From Cyanophyceae cyanobacterium (GTDB lineage: Bacteria > Cyanobacteriota > Cyanobacteriia > Cyanobacteriales > JBHJGN01): DNA of 64,000 nt. Both the position numbers and the translations under genes were made by a program. The notes beneath the pieces were generated by a model that was not told where the DNA came from, did no database searches, and was given only the letters and a program-made list of their open reading frames with translations. Positions 59,140 to 64,000 of the stretch are shown here, one piece after another. Positions within the stretch are counted from its first letter, which is position 1. Each line of letters starts with the position of its first letter. The stretch covers positions 1-64,000 of the forward strand of contig JBHJGN010000055.1 of assembly GCA_050331735.1 (NCBI GenBank). Direction: 5' to 3'.

Positions 59140-59982
59140 ATGTATCCCCCTGTTGACCCGATTATTGTTGAGATTGGACCGCTAACGCTGCGCTGGTACG
59201 GACTGTTAATGATGACGGCTATTCTGGTGGGGGCTTGGGTAGCGAGTCAACAAGTAAAACGGCAGGGCGACAATCCTGATAAGCTGTGGGATATGCTGCT
59301 GTGGGTGCTGATTCCGGCGCTGATTGGCGCCAGACTCTACTATGTATTTATTCAGTCGCCGCGCACCGACCAGGGAATTGGGCGCTATTTGTCGAACCCG
59401 GCGGAAATCCTGCAAATTTGGGGCGGCGGGATTCATATTTTTGGAGCGTTTATCGCTGGCAGCGTGGCGCTGCTTCTCTATGCTCGCTGGCAACGTCTTC
59501 CCGCCCTGAAATTTTTGGATGCGATCGCTCTGGCCCTGCCCCTAGCTCAGGCGATCGGTCGCTGGGGTAACTTTATTAATCAGGAACTCTACGGACCACC
59601 GACTACTCTACCCTGGGGCTTACGCATCGATCCGCAACATCGGCTTCCTCCCTACAACAATCTTGCTGCCTATCCAGAGTCCACTCGCTTTCATCCCCTA
59701 TTTCTCTACGAATCGCTGTGGAATTTCATCGGTTTTGCTCTCCTATTTTGGATCTCCCGGCGGTTTGAATCACAGCTTAAAGAGGGAGATATTTTGCTGC
59801 TGTACCTGATCTGGTATCCCTTGGGGCGCTTTTTTATTGAGTTTCTGCGTACTGATTCCTGGTTTTTTCCCGGAACTCCTTTTAATGTGGTACATATTCT
59901 CTGTTTTGCGGCTGTCGTCAGTGCCGTCACTATTCTCTACCTCCGTCACCGCCGCAATAGCCAACTACAGCGCAAAGGCTGA
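59140..59982 (+). CDS. lgt: Prolipoprotein diacylglyceryl transferase
   Basis: LRWYG, GARLYYV, QAIGRWGNF.NQE.YG, HPLFLYES, RFFIEFLR. Confidence 0.93.
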   Translation: MYPPVDPIIVEIGPLTLRWYGLLMMTAILVGAWVASQQVKRQGDNPDKLWDMLLWVLIPALIGARLYYVFIQSPRTDQGIGRYLSNPAEILQIWGGGIHIFGAFIAGSVALLLYARWQRLPALKFLDAIALALPLAQAIGRWGNFINQELYGPPTTLPWGLRIDPQHRLPPYNNLAAYPESTRFHPLFLYESLWNFIGFALLFWISRRFESQLKEGDILLLYLIWYPLGRFFIEFLRTDSWFFPGTPFNVVHILCFAAVVSAVTILYLRHRRNSQLQRKG

Positions 59983-60291
59983 TATCAAGCTGAAAAACGG
60001 CAAATGTCACCTTTTTAGTCACTAAATCTAGCTGGAAGCACTATTGACTCTGCAATCAGAGAAATTGTTAGAAATTTTACGTGACTAGTTTCGATGATCT
60101 CGAACCACGACGAGAAACCTTGTTTAAGCACTACGGCTCTGCATTGCCTGCAAGTTCACTAGTCCCAGTCAGCCGTCTATTCTCAAAAGTCCTCAAGATG
60201 GAGGTTGAGGCAATCATAGCAGTGTCAAGTCATCGGTGCTTAGGATTAGCTGACCTCCGCTAGTTCAGAATGCCATAAATCTGACTCCTCT

Positions 60292-60507
60292 TCAACGGCT
60301 TTGTAAGAAAACATCTTTGGGAAACGCGAGCATTAGCCCTAAAGTTAGCAGCGAAAACAAGTATCCGACTGTTGCTATTAGCTGGAGAGAAGCATTAAGC
60401 AGCAACGAGAAGCAGAGAATATCAACAATTAGTGGAAAAACTACCCACCAGTTCCATCCTCTTTTGGTAGCAGCAAAATAAGCAAATAGCACTTCAACGA
60501 AAATCAT
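60292..60507 (-). CDS. Small hydrophobic hypothetical membrane protein
   Basis: 71 aa, almost entirely hydrophobic, ATG start. Confidence 0.5.
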   Translation of the reverse strand: MIFVEVLFAYFAATKRGWNWWVVFPLIVDILCFSLLLNASLQLIATVGYLFSLLTLGLMLAFPKDVFLQSR

Positions 60508-60594
60508 TAGTCTTCAATTGTAAAAATTGTTTTCAACTCGTAAAATAAGCTTGCTTATTATTCTAATTGAGAGCTATTCAAGCCGGAGTAGACA

Positions 60595-61245
60595 ATGAAG
60601 CGAGCTGTATTCTGCGATTTTGACGGCACGATTACCGCCACAGATACTTTTGCTGGCATGAGCCAAGAGTTTGCTCCTGATTTAGCGGCTCAATTAATTC
60701 CGCAAATGTATGCGCGAACGCTAACGCTGCGGGAGGGAGTCCAACAGTTGTTGGCTTCGATTCCCTCGCAACGATATGCAGAGGTCATTGCCTATGCGGA
60801 CAATAAGCCGATCCGTCCTGGTTTAGATGAACTGCTAGATTTTCTAGAGTCTCAGCAGGTTCCCTTTGTGGTCGTCTCGGGAGGACTGCTAGACATGGTT
60901 AAAAGAGTATTAAGTCGGTCTAGCAACGGGAGAACACCAATTATCAACCGAGTAAGCGCCATTGCTGCGGTAAAAATCGACTCTCGTGAAGAATATCTGC
61001 GCGTCCTCTCGGACTTTGAGAGCAATACAGAATTAATCGCGAAGGTGCAGGTCATGGACAAGTACCCCGCCGATGAAACGGTTGCCATTGGCGACTCCGT
61101 GACCGATATTAACATGGCTCTCAGAGCCGACCTCGTGTTCGCCCGCGATCGCCTGGTGCAGTACATGGCAGCAGAAGATAAACCTACCATTCCCTGGAAC
61201 GATTTCTATGACGTTCTCGGATACTTGCAGCAGCGCTGGCAGTAG
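60595..61245 (+). CDS. HAD-IB phosphatase (MtnX-like)
   Basis: FCDFDGTIT, VVSGG, IGDSVTD. Confidence 0.88.
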   Translation: MKRAVFCDFDGTITATDTFAGMSQEFAPDLAAQLIPQMYARTLTLREGVQQLLASIPSQRYAEVIAYADNKPIRPGLDELLDFLESQQVPFVVVSGGLLDMVKRVLSRSSNGRTPIINRVSAIAAVKIDSREEYLRVLSDFESNTELIAKVQVMDKYPADETVAIGDSVTDINMALRADLVFARDRLVQYMAAEDKPTIPWNDFYDVLGYLQQRWQ

Positions 61246-61319
61246 CATGGCTCTCTCTTATTCCCAAAAGACGACTTGGTTAGCTACGCTCGCTGAGAAA
61301 AAAGAGTGTACAATAATAG

Positions 61320-63002
<1,683 letters not shown>

Positions 63003-63031
63003 ACATAGCTGTTTGTGATTAACAGCTATGT
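63003..63031. terminator. Hairpin directly after pyrG, between convergent genes
   Basis: acatagctgtt-tgtgatt-aacagctatgt. Confidence 0.6.
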
Positions 63032-63206
63032 CTAGTCCTACAGCTTGGCTTGTTGACTGTATAGTTTACGGCTAGACAAACAAAGTCCGTCCCTGCCGGA
63101 TAGAGCCTAGTGCAGAACCGGCATCTATACTAGGTACTGTTTTCCCGGACTACGGAAAAACAAGGATTTAAGGAATCTGCGCAGGCCGATTTTGTTAGCA
63201 GCGGGT

Positions 63207-63878
63207 TCAACCGCCAACATCACAGTAGTCTTGATAGAGGGAAATATAGTCCATCACAATTTCCACTGCTTCCTCGCGCATATTCCGTTCGCCTACAAAA
63301 TTGTCGTTGACGGCGGCGACAAGCTGATAAACATCGCACCAGCGCTCAAAGTCTCTCATCAATAATTGTGCCTGGGCCAAACTATGAATAAGCGCCACTG
63401 AAAAATTATTCGGATTTTTGAGTACGGCTGCCCTGAGCACCGAAATAGCGTCCAACTTCTCCAAAGGACGACTTCCACCGATAGCAGACAGGCGAAAGTA
63501 ATCATCCATCGCCAGCAAATAGCCAAACGAAAACGCCTCTTCGGGAGTCAATTCATCGATCGTCAGTGTCGATTCGTTACGCCCGCTAAGATACTCTAAA
63601 TACTCGCTTGCGTGGTTCTGCCCTTCGACAGACCATCCCAGGGCATTGACAATTGCAGCACGAACATCATCGGGAACCTCTGGGTCACTCAACGCCGCTA
63701 GCACGTCATCCGTCAGTCCTTGTCCAGAAGCTTCTTTCACCACCTCAACGTCTTGATAAGCATCAGCAAAGGGCGTACTGGTTAAAGGGCTATCTGCCTT
63801 CGCTACACGGGGATGCCACACAAACAGAGAAGCAGCGATCGCTAAAACAGCTTGACCCAATTTCTTCACTCTGGTCAT
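63207..63878 (-). CDS. Secreted hypothetical protein
   Basis: Signal peptide ending AKA-DSPLTST. Confidence 0.75.
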   Translation of the reverse strand: MTRVKKLGQAVLAIAASLFVWHPRVAKADSPLTSTPFADAYQDVEVVKEASGQGLTDDVLAALSDPEVPDDVRAAIVNALGWSVEGQNHASEYLEYLSGRNESTLTIDELTPEEAFSFGYLLAMDDYFRLSAIGGSRPLEKLDAISVLRAAVLKNPNNFSVALIHSLAQAQLLMRDFERWCDVYQLVAAVNDNFVGERNMREEAVEIVMDYISLYQDYCDVGG

Positions 63879-64000
63879 AAATTCATCAATGACTATTAGT
63901 TGATGGTTTATGGGGCATTCCTTTTGGCTTTTTGTTGATTGTTGACGGTTAATTGTCTATTTTTCTCTCGTTCTATTTCCTAATGTAGATGATACACAAG

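Overview
Cyanobacterial chromosomal segment (frequent HIP1 octamer GCGATCGC, chlD, Tab2, PEP-CTERM genes). Housekeeping content: phylloquinone genes menE/C/A/F/D (split by a P450), a secretin, feoA, rimM, an SLC13 permease, a P-type ATPase, chlD, an AlkA-type glycosylase, purH, lgt and pyrG. Accessory content: (i) 3.2-6.9 kb, four copies of a composite inverted-arm element alternating with nuclease/toxin-type genes (PD-(D/E)XK-like+PIN pair, 5'-truncated Rpn, Uma2, decayed copy of the first gene); (ii) a complete IS605-type element (tnpA+tnpB, 21816-23620) inserted in a frameshifted mazF; (iii) an orphan A-T-KS-AT-DH-ER-KR-ACP megasynthase with a docking domain but no TE or adjacent partner, divergent from a LeuA-family synthase. 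Throughout the window, GGGAAAG/CTTTCCC heptamer tracts carry covarying 5-3-5 mini-hairpins (mostly GNA loops). These receive nested 24-nt and 50-nt insertions, often abut stop codons and are translated in frame in several proteins. No rRNA, tRNA or CRISPR array was seen. All calls are by eye, without database searches.
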